The notes below the pieces were generated by a model, which made no database searches, was not told where the DNA came from, and was given only the letters and a program-made list of their open reading frames with translations. Shown piece by piece: positions 22,698 to 32,410 of a DNA stretch of 38,452 nucleotides. The stretch is taken from positions 1-38,452 of IMG/VR virus record IMGVR_UViG_3300044667_000034; one strand, 5' to 3'. Source of the stretch: a virus (lineage: Duplodnaviria; Caudoviricetes). Each line of letters begins with the position of its first letter. The first letter of the stretch is position 1. Position numbers and translations under genes: made by a program.

Positions 22698-24581
22698 CTA
22701 TCCCCAGACCGATGAAATCTTGCCGTTCGGATCGATCGCTTCGGTCACGCCGTATTGATTGGTATAGGAGGTCCACCCGCCGGGCTGGGCGGTGATGGTC
22801 GCACCATTGCTCGCGACGGCGTAGCTGCCGGGCGAGAACGCCCCGCCATAGAGCCCCGCGATATTCGAAATGCCCCCGCCGATATTCGTGGTCGGAGCCG
22901 AGAAGCCGGGACCGAGCAGCCCCCCAATGCCGCCGCCCTGATAAGCGCTGTTGCCGAGAAGACCGCCCAACACGCCCCCAACCGGCCCTGCCGCAAGGCT
23001 GCCGAGAACGCCGCCCGTGATTGTCCCTGCGTTGATCGCTGGCGTGGTGGTCTGGGCTGCCGTCTGCTTGGCGGCTTGGGTAACGGCCTGCTTGGCCTGC
23101 TGCGTCTGCTGCTGCTCTACAGCCGGGGTAGTGGCCGGCCCTTCGACGGTGGCGACCGTGGGCTGATCAGCGACCTGGATCGTGTCCAGCGTCGGCGCGG
23201 CGACAACGCCGTTGACCGTGGCCGGCTCGATTGTGTTGTTCGCTACCGCGGACGGGAAGCTGCTCACAAACGCGTTCTGCTGGATGGGCTGCGCGCCAAG
23301 GATGCCATTTGGCACCGATGTCGTCAGCGCGGGCGTTGCCGTGACAAGGGACGACGGCGACAACAATCCGGGCGTCACCACGTCCTGTGTCGTCTGGCCG
23401 GTCAGCGTCCCCGGGACAGCCGCCTGAGCCGAGAGCGGCGCATTGGCGGACAGGATACCTGAAGCCGGCACGCTCATCATCGCCGTCTGCGGTGCTACCA
23501 TCGGCGCCATGCTGGCCGGGTCTTGAAGCTGGCGTTCGGTGTTACCTACGAGCGACTGGAAATCGGCCGACAGAATTCCTGTGGAGGGCTGGCGCTGGGC
23601 TGCGTAGGCGCTCGGGAAGCTGCCCAGATCGGCCGCAGCCGCCGCAGCGCTCGGCTGGTCCATGAAGCTCTGCGTGTTGGTCGCAACATCGATTGAGGGC
23701 GGGCCGAAGCGGGACTGGTCGAACGTTCGGGAGGCAAAGCGGCCCTGGTCGAAATCATTGGCAACGGACACCGTGCCGCCGTCAAACCGGCTATTGTCGA
23801 ATCCCGGATCGGCGGCCTCCGGCAGGCTCGCGACCGTGGCGGTGGCAGGCAGGCCGGGATTGGAGCCGAGCAGCCCTTCTGCGGCAAGGCTCATCATCGG
23901 GTTGGCCTTAGCCTGAGCCGTCAGCGCAGGTGTGGCGGTGAGCAGACCTGTGGCCGTGACGCTATCCATGGGAGCCTGAACGGGCTTCGCCGCCGCCATG
24001 TCGCCCCACGGGTTAACAGCGGGAGTTGCCGGCGACAGAAGCGCGTCGAACGGGTCTTGGTTGTAGGTTGGCGTGGCGCTGAATGCGGACAGCAGCGAGT
24101 TGTTCGTCAAATCGTCCGGGCTGTAAGGTGTCGGAATGCCCGCGACATCGAGGTTCTGCGCATAGGCGTAGCGGTTCGGCTGAATGTACCCCAGCGACGT
24201 GCCGATCGCGCGGTTTTGCGGGTCGCTGAAATACTGGTGGCCCGTCGTCGCGTCTTCGTAACTCAGTCCGCTTGGAAGGTTGTCCGCCGCGGCGGGCGTT
24301 GCGTAGAAAGTCGCTTGGTTTACGGGGCCGTTTTCAGCCACATAGTCCATCTGCTGCTGGGCCATGTCGACGATGGCTTGCCCCACGCCCGGCGGAAGGG
24401 AGCGGTTATAGGCGTTGAACTCGGTGCTGTTGGCGACGACCTGTTCCGGCGAGACGCCCAGCAATGCGGCCCGGTTGGCGATGACAGACGCAATGGCGCG
24501 CATATCCGCAATGCGCTGCGCGTCGGTACCGCTGACAGCTTCGCCGGCAATCACTTCTGCGACGGTGCGGGCACGGGTCAT
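22698..24581 (-). CDS. Internal virion/ejection protein with an N-terminal SleB-like cell wall hydrolase domain
   Basis: 'VIAGEA...MRAIASVIANRA...QVV...EFNAYN...ATFY...GHQYF'; long Ala/Pro/Gln/Gly-rich remainder. Confidence 0.7.
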   Translation of the reverse strand: MTRARTVAEVIAGEAVSGTDAQRIADMRAIASVIANRAALLGVSPEQVVANSTEFNAYNRSLPPGVGQAIVDMAQQQMDYVAENGPVNQATFYATPAAADNLPSGLSYEDATTGHQYFSDPQNRAIGTSLGYIQPNRYAYAQNLDVAGIPTPYSPDDLTNNSLLSAFSATPTYNQDPFDALLSPATPAVNPWGDMAAAKPVQAPMDSVTATGLLTATPALTAQAKANPMMSLAAEGLLGSNPGLPATATVASLPEAADPGFDNSRFDGGTVSVANDFDQGRFASRTFDQSRFGPPSIDVATNTQSFMDQPSAAAAAADLGSFPSAYAAQRQPSTGILSADFQSLVGNTERQLQDPASMAPMVAPQTAMMSVPASGILSANAPLSAQAAVPGTLTGQTTQDVVTPGLLSPSSLVTATPALTTSVPNGILGAQPIQQNAFVSSFPSAVANNTIEPATVNGVVAAPTLDTIQVADQPTVATVEGPATTPAVEQQQTQQAKQAVTQAAKQTAAQTTTPAINAGTITGGVLGSLAAGPVGGVLGGLLGNSAYQGGGIGGLLGPGFSAPTTNIGGGISNIAGLYGGAFSPGSYAVASNGATITAQPGGWTSYTNQYGVTEAIDPNGKISSVWG

Positions 24582-24600
24582 CGGCTACCTCTCGGCATGG

Positions 24601-24623
24601 AAAGGCCCGCCGAAGCGAGCCTT
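24601..24623 (-). terminator. Putative intrinsic terminator
   Basis: Minus strand: AGGCTCGC-TTCG-GCGGGCC-TTT. Confidence 0.5.
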
Positions 24624-24688
24624 GAAGTCGGGATTCAGTTGAGGCATGATTGAGAGGCGGCGCGACCTGAAACTGGAGAAGCCTTGGC

Positions 24689-24976
24689 TTGGCTCACGAC
24701 CCTGATCTACGCGCCGTAAAATTCGGCATTTTCGCTCGAAACGCTGTTCTGTTGACGATCACGGCCGTTTACTTCGCCTACACCGGGCCGTACTATGTGA
24801 CGTACGAGGCCGCTGACATTTTCGCGACTGCCGCCTTCGTGCTCCTACTGAGCTGGTGCCTCACTCCGAGCCTTCGCCTGGATGATGGCAGTCTGGACGA
24901 TACGAGCAATGGCTTCGCGCTGCGTCTGGGAAAGGCTACGAAGCGTGGCCTGCGCCGCCTGAAGGGCCTGTTTTGA
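24689..24976 (+). CDS. Small two-TM membrane protein (moron)
   Basis: TTG start with GGAG RBS; two hydrophobic helices and a basic tail; antisense, between ejection genes. Confidence 0.55.
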   Translation: MAHDPDLRAVKFGIFARNAVLLTITAVYFAYTGPYYVTYEAADIFATAAFVLLLSWCLTPSLRLDDGSLDDTSNGFALRLGKATKRGLRRLKGLF

Positions 24977-26482
24977 CCCACCCACGCGGATAAGCTCGTC
25001 AAGTGCCTGGATGCCTTGTTGCACGCCCTTGTCGGCTATGTGCTTTGCGCCAAGGCCGGCGAGCGACGGGATGCCTAGCAGCGGGTTCGTCATGGCACCA
25101 CCGACGCCAAGAGCAGCCATGAGGCCATTACCCTGCGGTGACAGCTTGCCGAGAAGTCGGAGCGCGTTCTGCGTGGGCGTGCCGCGCACGATCTCCTCGA
25201 TCGCCTTCTTCTCGTCCACGGTCCATGCGACCCTGGAGGAAGATGTGGGATCGATCATCCGGCGGAGGTTCTGGCGCGTAGCATTTTCGACGTTGCCGCC
25301 GGAGCCCGTCGAAGCAGCGCGTAGGGCTGCGGACTCTATTGCGTCAACCAGCTTCTCATTCTTGCGGACGCGGGTCCAAAGCTCGCGAGCCTTCAGCAGG
25401 GAATTGATGCCCGCCTTCTTGTCGCCCATCACCACATCTTGAGGCTTTAGGCCCTTCATGAAATCGTCGATCTCGTTGACGACGATCTGAGAGGCCGCGC
25501 TCTGAGACGGGTTGGTCGGGGAATTCGCGTTCTTTGCCACTCGGCGCAGGATATCGAGGCCCTTCAGTGTGACGTTGCCCTGCGAGATCCTGTCGATCTC
25601 ATCGAGCGCTGCCTTTACGCCAGGCTGGTTTTGTGGGTGGTAGCCGAAGTCGACCAGCTTTGCCTCGACATTAGCCTTGAGGCGCTGGACGCTCTGAGGG
25701 TTGATAACAACGCCCGCATTATCCGCTGCCTTGTAGGCATCATCCGCCTGCGTTTTCAGCTTCTCCAACGCTGGCACCGCCGATGCAGTCTTTGCCGGCA
25801 GAACCTTAGACGCAACCTTGCTTACGGTGTCGCCAACAATGGAGCCTACTGGACCGGCAATAGCGCCTGTGACAGCAGCCGTCTTGACGTCGGTATCGCG
25901 GCCAAGTGCATCAGCAACACCATACAGCGCCCCCTCGGGAGCCATGAGACCGGCACGGGCCAGCACACCCTTAATGCCGGTCATGTTAGCGGTGTTGAAG
26001 CGACCCGCCAGCGTGGCGCCCTGCCCGGCAACCGCGCCGCCGGCAAGAACGTCACCCATGATTTCGGATGGAATTGCCGCCGCGGCCGCGCGATCGCGCG
26101 CTGCCTGCGTCCGGTTCTTTTCGATACGAAGCTGGTCTTCGTAGGAAAGATCGCCTGTTAGGCTGTTCATACGAGCCGCAAACTTGTCTCCAATGCCGAA
26201 CGGATTACCGATTAGACGCGCCTCATCGTCTGACGCTTGAAGCGCCTGCGAGTACCACGGCTTCTGAGCGTAAGCTTCGCGACGACCAACGGCAGTCTGC
26301 TCTGCAACCTGAGCGTCATTCGCCAAGCGGCGATCGGCTCCAAGGTGGGTTTCGGATGGCTGCTGCGGCTGCTGAGTGGTTTGAAGGCGCACGATCTCGT
26401 CGGCAAGAATGCGGGCGGCTTCGGTGTCACCCGCCTTGTCCGCATTAACCAGCGCGTCGTGGAGCTGCTCAAGTGTCGCCAT
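24845..26482 (-). CDS. DNA ejection/internal virion protein
   Basis: 545 aa helical, Ala-rich; 'ALVNADKAGDTEAARILADEI' N-terminus; position in the ejectosome cluster. Confidence 0.75.
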   Translation of the reverse strand: MATLEQLHDALVNADKAGDTEAARILADEIVRLQTTQQPQQPSETHLGADRRLANDAQVAEQTAVGRREAYAQKPWYSQALQASDDEARLIGNPFGIGDKFAARMNSLTGDLSYEDQLRIEKNRTQAARDRAAAAAIPSEIMGDVLAGGAVAGQGATLAGRFNTANMTGIKGVLARAGLMAPEGALYGVADALGRDTDVKTAAVTGAIAGPVGSIVGDTVSKVASKVLPAKTASAVPALEKLKTQADDAYKAADNAGVVINPQSVQRLKANVEAKLVDFGYHPQNQPGVKAALDEIDRISQGNVTLKGLDILRRVAKNANSPTNPSQSAASQIVVNEIDDFMKGLKPQDVVMGDKKAGINSLLKARELWTRVRKNEKLVDAIESAALRAASTGSGGNVENATRQNLRRMIDPTSSSRVAWTVDEKKAIEEIVRGTPTQNALRLLGKLSPQGNGLMAALGVGGAMTNPLLGIPSLAGLGAKHIADKGVQQGIQALDELIRVGGSKQALQAAQATLRSLSQTQREAIARIVQTAIIQAKARSEAPAQ

Positions 26483-27516
26483 TACTTGGTCCGATACTTC
26501 TCAACGAGGCTGTTGACGTCGGTGTTGGAAGGCTGCTCCAGTTCCGTCCTGCCCTGTGACATGGCTTCAACACGCTTTACGCCGCGGTCAATGATCTGTT
26601 CCAGGTCGTCGAGTGCCTTATTGAAAGCTTCCTCCGACTGCGCCGTGTCGAGACGGGAGATCGCCGCCGTCGCGGTAGCGCCTTCCTGGTTCGAAAGTGC
26701 GCCGAAGCCCTGCATCTGCTGGATTGCCTGGAGGAACGACTGGCCTTTGAGCTGGTCGACCTTACGCTGAAAATCATAGCCGCCCGTCGCCGGGATGGAG
26801 CTGAGGATCGACGATAGGCCCGTGCCGCGCTCACGGTAGGGATCATTCTTCACCGACGCGATCATTTCCTTGATCGTCTGGGCTGTGGACTTCACGGCGG
26901 CAAGAGCCGCCTTGCTTTCGCCTTCCACCTTGCCTTCCGCCTTTTCCCGCTCGACGCCCGAAATATCCTTCGGGATCTGGCTGATCGGCTGCCGCGTGAT
27001 CGGGTCGAGAAGGATGTAGTGCGTCCCCGCGTCAACCTTGATCGGTTCCTTGGCGATCTGGACGCCTTCAGGTATCCGCGTCTGAGTGGCGACACCCTGA
27101 TCATTGACCTGGAGAAGAACAGGGTTGCCCTGTGCATCGACGCCTGGGATCGTATTGAGACCAAACTTGGCCCGGTTCTGCGCCATGTCCGCCGGCGGCT
27201 TGATCCACTGCCCGCTGTCGGCGTTGTAGATCAACCCATCGCCGACACTCATCAGGTTCGGCTTTTTCGGCTGCTGCGCCTCCGCCACCATCTTGAGCGC
27301 GTTTGCCATCGGCATTCCGGCCTTCACCTGTGCCGCGATTTCAGGGTGATACTGGCTCAGGTAGTTGAGCGTCCTGTTCTGCTCCTGCTGCTGTTGCAGC
27401 AATGGCTGCTGTGCCGCGAGAACATTATTGACGTTCGCAAACTGCTCGCCAACCGTATTGCCCGACGCCAGCCCTGCCAGCGCCGCCCAATTGAAGTTGC
27501 TCGGGGTAATCGCCAT
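26482..27516 (-). CDS. DNA ejection/internal virion protein
   Basis: 'QLKGQSFLQAIQQMQGFGALSNQEG..AT.A..RL...QSEE.F' pattern; position. Confidence 0.75.
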   Translation of the reverse strand: MAITPSNFNWAALAGLASGNTVGEQFANVNNVLAAQQPLLQQQQEQNRTLNYLSQYHPEIAAQVKAGMPMANALKMVAEAQQPKKPNLMSVGDGLIYNADSGQWIKPPADMAQNRAKFGLNTIPGVDAQGNPVLLQVNDQGVATQTRIPEGVQIAKEPIKVDAGTHYILLDPITRQPISQIPKDISGVEREKAEGKVEGESKAALAAVKSTAQTIKEMIASVKNDPYRERGTGLSSILSSIPATGGYDFQRKVDQLKGQSFLQAIQQMQGFGALSNQEGATATAAISRLDTAQSEEAFNKALDDLEQIIDRGVKRVEAMSQGRTELEQPSNTDVNSLVEKYRTK

Positions 27517-27525
27517 TGCTCAACC

Positions 27526-28377
27526 TCACAGTAGGCCCAGAAGGCCACCCGATGCCATCGGGTTTGTCCCGAAGAGAAGATTTCCACCAGTGCCGACCAT
27601 GCCGAGCCCCTGGAGGAACGGGTTCGGGCCTGGACCAACCGCCGTGGATGTTCCGTAGTTGCCGGCGCCCGATGTCGCGGCAAGCAGCTTCTGGATGTTC
27701 TCCCAATCGAGATTGGCGACGCGCGCCTTTTCGTCGAGCTTACGGCGAGTCGCATCTTCCATGGCCGAGCCGACGCCGAGCCGGGTCTGTGCCGGAGCCT
27801 GAAGACCCTGATAGGCCGATGTCATATTGCCCAAGCCGCTCTGCGCCGCGTTGAACAGGTTCGTGTTTGCCGCATCCTTGCGGCCGAGCCATGAATTGTA
27901 GTCGTTCATGCGAAACTGCGAGGACGCGTCGCTGACATCCTGTGCCAGCCTGCCCTGATGAATGCCAGACCCATACCGGCCCGCCGCAGCAGCGTTGAGA
28001 TTGACCGCATCCGTCGTATCACGGAGGATGGCGTCGAGCACGCCCTTGGAGCCCGGATTGGCGTTGAAATCGTAGTTCGAATTGGCCGTGTTCTGCCAGT
28101 TGCCAAGCGCGGACTGTTGCTGCGAATTAAAGCCCCCGCCATCGATAATCGACTGGAGATTGCCAGAAAGACCAGCGCCGCCCGAGTTTGCCCCTGCCAC
28201 ACCGCTCAAGTCCTTGAAGGCATCCTTGCTCTGCTGCGAGAAGGGCACATACATGGAGCCCTTGTAGGGGCCTTGCTTGTATTCCTGCCGCGCATCGCGC
28301 ATGACGAGGTTCAATCCGGGACGCTGGCCGCGCCACGGCTCAGATGTTGTCTGCGTTGTCTGCGTACCGCCGGGCAT
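27526..28377 (-). CDS. DNA ejection protein (P22 gp7-like position)
   Basis: 'GGTQTTQTTSEPW' N-terminus, 'AAAGRYGSG', Gly-rich hydrophobic C-terminus. Confidence 0.75.
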   Translation of the reverse strand: MPGGTQTTQTTSEPWRGQRPGLNLVMRDARQEYKQGPYKGSMYVPFSQQSKDAFKDLSGVAGANSGGAGLSGNLQSIIDGGGFNSQQQSALGNWQNTANSNYDFNANPGSKGVLDAILRDTTDAVNLNAAAAGRYGSGIHQGRLAQDVSDASSQFRMNDYNSWLGRKDAANTNLFNAAQSGLGNMTSAYQGLQAPAQTRLGVGSAMEDATRRKLDEKARVANLDWENIQKLLAATSGAGNYGTSTAVGPGPNPFLQGLGMVGTGGNLLFGTNPMASGGLLGLL

Positions 28378-28788
28378 CTAGACCTCCACGAGGTAGGATT
28401 GCCGAGCCACTTTCAGGCCCGGAACGTATTTCTTGAGGATTTGCACAAGGCCAAGTCGGCCCGTGCCAGCAAGCGCCGCCGCCCCGTTTGATCGGGCGAG
28501 CACCGCAGCATATTCAAAGAGGTCGGAGGTCCATTCCCGCGCATCGGTGCCAACGACCATGAGGCAGTCGAAGACATGCCGGCCGTAGCCGTGATGAAAC
28601 TGCCAAATCGACGCGCCCTTGACCCCGGTGTCGGTATGCGCCACGATCAGGAACGCTTGACCCGAGCGGCAGAGCTGCCAGAATTCGCCGGCCGATATGT
28701 AGGACGGCGTCTTCTCAAGGCATTTGGCAATCTGCGGGGCAATCGACGGCCAAATGGCATCGACATCCGCTACCGTCGAAATTTTCAT
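28378..28788 (-). CDS. Virion assembly protein, GNAT-like fold (P22 gp14/T7 gp13-like position)
   Basis: 'W....ARSNGA..L.GTGR.G' pattern; lies just before the ejection genes. Confidence 0.6.
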   Translation of the reverse strand: MKISTVADVDAIWPSIAPQIAKCLEKTPSYISAGEFWQLCRSGQAFLIVAHTDTGVKGASIWQFHHGYGRHVFDCLMVVGTDAREWTSDLFEYAAVLARSNGAAALAGTGRLGLVQILKKYVPGLKVARQSYLVEV

Positions 28789-29138
28789 TGCCGGCCATCC
28801 TTCGTGCCGGCGTCGTCGATCGTGACAATGATTACATAGAGCTTGTCATTCGCGCCCGCCTGCACCGTGACACTCTCTCCCTGCATCAGCGGGATATCGA
28901 GGCCCGTCATATGCGCGTCATCGGAGAAGGTCGCGCCATTGACCAGCGGATAGCGAAGCGTGGCTCCGGCCTTGACCCGAATTGTCAGCGTTGAGCCGCC
29001 ACCCGTGCAAATGACGTGGACGCTTTCGAGCGTCTTGGTCACGCGATCCTTGATCGGGCCCAGAATATCGGTCTCGGTGGTCGTCACCGCTTTATACTCG
29101 CGGCGGCGTACGCCCTTGGTATCAACGAATGCCGTCAT
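28785..29138 (-). CDS. Hypothetical virion protein (beta-rich)
   Basis: MTAFVDTKGVRRRE...; ATGA overlaps. Confidence 0.7.
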   Translation of the reverse strand: MTAFVDTKGVRRREYKAVTTTETDILGPIKDRVTKTLESVHVICTGGGSTLTIRVKAGATLRYPLVNGATFSDDAHMTGLDIPLMQGESVTVQAGANDKLYVIIVTIDDAGTKDGRQ

Positions 29139-30676
29139 GACTTGCCGGAAGCCTTGCTCTCGATATCGAGGCCAGAGAAGATCGACCAATCCTCATTTGC
29201 CGGGATATCCACGGTAAAGCGGTGCGCCTGCCCATCTCCGCGAAATGAAAGAAACCGGCTGCGCGTCGTGGGTGTGACCGTTTTCCCTGCCGAGAAGGTA
29301 GCACCGCGATAATCTGCCGTGGCATGGGTCGCGGTGAAGTTGACCGCGTCGGTAATACCATGTCCACCATTCACGAATGTGCGGCCGGCCGACACCGGAA
29401 CAAGATCGTTTGTCGCTACCCGTGCTGCCATCGGCGGGCCGTTCATCAGCGCCAGATAGCCGTCCGACGTGACGCCCGCGAAATCGGGAGAGCCGCCCTG
29501 CCAGAACGAAGAGTCGAACGGCACGTCGATATCGTCGATGGTCGGGAAGAAGCTGTCCATCTGATCGATGGTCACGCCCTGAGCTTCGACCGGGAACATG
29601 TCCGCCATGTCGGCGTCTGACAGAACCCACCTGTCAAGCTGCCATTGGTAGCCCAGCATCTTGTATGTGGCGTCGTTGGCGAGAAACCGCAGCCAGTACA
29701 TCTTGCGGCGGAAATCTACCCCTGCTACAGCGGCCGCGCGGGCGGAGAAGTCCACATTCTCCTGATACCAGCGATCGATCCTCTCCGCCCCGATCGGCGT
29801 CATGCCGGGACCGCGGAAGAAGCCGTCCTGTGCATAGAAGATATAATCGTCCTGCCCGATCAAGGCGGCGGAATAAGGTGCGATGCAGCCGCGGTATCTA
29901 TTTAGGACGGAGCGCGTGAAGACGTAGTTCGAGCCGTAATTCAGCGTCAGCGCCTGCGTGTTGTCGCGCATCAGCACGACGCATCCGCCCGTGACGGGAA
30001 TCAGTCCGCGAACCCCGGAGCCTTCGGCAAAGACCTGTATGTCCGAAAAGTCGATACCGGCCTCGTTGCTCGTCGGGTCGTTCAGCCCGCTCCATTGGAC
30101 AGCATCTTCGTTTGACAGGAGTCTGCCCCGCAGCAGGAAATCACCGACTGGCGCCAAATAGGCACAGACCGGGGCGGTCGGATTGTCGGAAAACGCGCTG
30201 TCAGTGGATAGGTCGTATTTCTGCTCGGGGTCGGAGAAGTTCTGCGCGTAGATCACGGTGCCGAAAAGCGCGAAGGACCAACGCATCTCCTCCCCGACGT
30301 TATAGCCGGAGCCGACTTCTTCCCAGGTGTAGTCGATCGAGTTGAACTTGTAGAGATTGGTCCGCGTACCGACGAACAAGGCCGTGGTGCCATCGCTGAG
30401 GCGGACAAAGATGCCGCCGCATGTGCCCTCGATCTGGACCTCGCCCGAAAGGTCAGCGCCTCCGGGGCCGACCACGAGCGGGTTGCCGTCCTCGTCGGTC
30501 AGGATATCGCCGGTCTCCTCGTCCGTGAGGTAGTCGAATGCCGAGACGAAGGGCTTCAGCGAAGGAAGCGGGCCGTAGCCGTCTGCCTGGGGGATGACGT
30601 TGAGAATGTCGCTCGTGGCGTTGGGGTTGTACCGGCTTTTGTCCGGTTCGAAGAGCGCGACGGGAACGATGGTCAT
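29135..30676 (-). CDS. Tail hub/nozzle protein (P22 gp10-like DNA stabilization protein)
   Basis: 513 aa beta-propeller-like: 'WSFALFG', 'VQWSGLND', 'GCIAPYS', 'FYAQDGFF...PIGAERIDRW'. Confidence 0.75.
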   Translation of the reverse strand: MTIVPVALFEPDKSRYNPNATSDILNVIPQADGYGPLPSLKPFVSAFDYLTDEETGDILTDEDGNPLVVGPGGADLSGEVQIEGTCGGIFVRLSDGTTALFVGTRTNLYKFNSIDYTWEEVGSGYNVGEEMRWSFALFGTVIYAQNFSDPEQKYDLSTDSAFSDNPTAPVCAYLAPVGDFLLRGRLLSNEDAVQWSGLNDPTSNEAGIDFSDIQVFAEGSGVRGLIPVTGGCVVLMRDNTQALTLNYGSNYVFTRSVLNRYRGCIAPYSAALIGQDDYIFYAQDGFFRGPGMTPIGAERIDRWYQENVDFSARAAAVAGVDFRRKMYWLRFLANDATYKMLGYQWQLDRWVLSDADMADMFPVEAQGVTIDQMDSFFPTIDDIDVPFDSSFWQGGSPDFAGVTSDGYLALMNGPPMAARVATNDLVPVSAGRTFVNGGHGITDAVNFTATHATADYRGATFSAGKTVTPTTRSRFLSFRGDGQAHRFTVDIPANEDWSIFSGLDIESKASGKS

Positions 30677-31302
30677 GGCGCCAGCTTCAGCCTCGTTGAC
30701 GCGCGCGCAAATTCGGCCGTAAAGCCTGAGCGCGAAACGCCGGCCATGAGTGATTTCAGGATTGCCGCCGACCGGCTCGCCATATCGTCGTCTCGGCGGT
30801 AGAGGCCGAGATGGTAGAGGCCCCCCTGGAGATAGAGGCTCGGGTGCTTTTCCAGCAGCCAGTTGGACGGGCTGTCGTCGCTCAGGTCCGGGATCGCCTG
30901 ATAGTAGGTCAGCTCGATATCGTTTGTGCTGACGGGGAACATGTAGAGCGACGAGCCGATGATGGTGAAATGGTTGGCGAGTCCGCTTTGACGCGATGGA
31001 TAGAGCTCGTCCGTGGTCGACGGCGCTATATAGGCCAGTTCACGTCGCGTGCCCGAGACTTCCACGACACGGCGATACTGGAGGTAGTCGTCTGGCAGAG
31101 CGCACGCGCCACTATCCGGCGTCAGTAGCTCGACAGCCTGCATCTCTCGCATGCGCAGTGGGGCGATATCTTCCGCGCCGTGATTGAAGAGGTGCGTGGA
31201 CAGTGTGACGAAATCGCCGGCCGCAGTGGTCGTGATGGCATCATTGACATCCGACCAGTCCAGTATCGCGGTCTTCAGCTCGGCAAACGTCGTGATCGCC
31301 AT
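30673..31302 (-). CDS. Head-tail adaptor protein
   Basis: 'TTFAELKTAILDW', 'LRMREM', 'ALPDDYL', 'SNWLLEKHPSLYL.G.L'. Confidence 0.8.
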   Translation of the reverse strand: MAITTFAELKTAILDWSDVNDAITTTAAGDFVTLSTHLFNHGAEDIAPLRMREMQAVELLTPDSGACALPDDYLQYRRVVEVSGTRRELAYIAPSTTDELYPSRQSGLANHFTIIGSSLYMFPVSTNDIELTYYQAIPDLSDDSPSNWLLEKHPSLYLQGGLYHLGLYRRDDDMASRSAAILKSLMAGVSRSGFTAEFARASTRLKLAP

Positions 31303-31670
31303 CAGATACGCCCTCTAAAGGACCGCCACGGTCGCGCCTGCTCGGAATTCAGGAACCACTTCATATGGTCCTTGTCCCCCTGCTGGAGCTTCTCGATGAT
31401 CTGAGTTTTTGGGTCGTACAGGACGTTCAAAGGGATGCGGGCAACCACACGCCCATCGCCAAACCGCTTTGTCTGGCTCTCGAAAAGATCGTCCTGGTTC
31501 TGCTTGATCAGCTCGTCATTGCCGAGATATTCGGTCTTGAAAACCGTGCGGCTGTCGTCGATTTGGCAAGCGTAACGACGGAAATGCGGGTCGACCTCAA
31601 CCAGCGTCCACGCCCCATCCGGGATCGTGGAGAAGTCCTCAGAGCTCGTCGGCACGCTCTGCAATCCCAT
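31302..31670 (-). CDS. Hypothetical phage protein
   Basis: MGLQSVPT...; 'VVARIP...KWFLN.....WR...GRI'. Confidence 0.75.
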   Translation of the reverse strand: MGLQSVPTSSEDFSTIPDGAWTLVEVDPHFRRYACQIDDSRTVFKTEYLGNDELIKQNQDDLFESQTKRFGDGRVVARIPLNVLYDPKTQIIEKLQQGDKDHMKWFLNSEQARPWRSFRGRI

Positions 31671-31905
31671 GCTTGAGGGCGCGGCGGGCCTCGTCTCGTG
31701 GAACGTGGATGGTGGTTCCTGCCTTGACCTTGTCGCGGTCAAAGTGGCCATCCTCGTTCACGCCAGGCTCCTGGATTTCGCCGTCGCGCTCAACGAAGAA
31801 ATCGGCAACGGGACGATAATTGCGCTTGAGAAGGACAGGCACGAAGTCGGGTTCTTCCTTCTGCTTGCGCCTGCTCTTCACGTCTTCTTGGGTTTGGTCG
31901 GTCAT
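31639..31905 (-). CDS. Hypothetical phage protein
   Basis: MTDQTQEDVK... with GGAG RBS; ends 'GIAERADEL'. Confidence 0.7.
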   Translation of the reverse strand: MTDQTQEDVKSRRKQKEEPDFVPVLLKRNYRPVADFFVERDGEIQEPGVNEDGHFDRDKVKAGTTIHVPRDEARRALKHGIAERADEL

Positions 31906-31922
31906 GGGTGCTCCATAGAATG

Positions 31923-31948
31923 AAGAAAGGGCCCCGAAGGGCCCTCTC
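31923..31948 (-). terminator. Intrinsic terminator after the capsid and decoration genes
   Basis: GAGAGGGCCC-TTCG-GGGCCCTTTCTT on the minus strand. Confidence 0.75.
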
Positions 31949-31969
31949 AATGTCAGTGATGTGGGTCGG

Positions 31970-32398
31970 TTAGACCGCTGCGCTGAAGCCGGTGACTTCG
32001 GTGCCGGTGCCAGAGCCGACGACACGGATGGCCCAGACGCCGGACGAGACGTCCTCCAGTTCGATCACGTCACCCTTGATGCCGCCCTTAGTGGAGCCGT
32101 TCATGGTGAGCGTGTCGTCGGACGCGCCAGTCTCGAAGATGACTGCGGTGTCGCCCGCGTCCTGCGCCATGATGTGCACCCCGCTTAGAATGTCGGTCGA
32201 GTTCGCGACCTGCACAATAAGGTTGTTGGAGGTGATCGTGGTCAGGACGTAGATGCGGAACTTCGTGCCCGAGCCGGACGACGCCGGCAGGGTGAAGGTG
32301 ATGCCCGCCGCACGATTGGCAACCAGAGTTGCGCCGCCGTGCGTCTTCTTGGTGAGGGCCAGCGTCGAGGAGGTGACCGCAATGGGCTGGATGATCAT
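31970..32398 (-). CDS. Putative capsid decoration protein
   Basis: 142 aa beta-rich, 'GITFTLPASSGSG'; directly after the major capsid gene. Confidence 0.65.
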   Translation of the reverse strand: MIIQPIAVTSSTLALTKKTHGGATLVANRAAGITFTLPASSGSGTKFRIYVLTTITSNNLIVQVANSTDILSGVHIMAQDAGDTAVIFETGASDDTLTMNGSTKGGIKGDVIELEDVSSGVWAIRVVGSGTGTEVTGFSAAV

Positions 32399-32410
32399 GG
32401 TACGGTCTCC

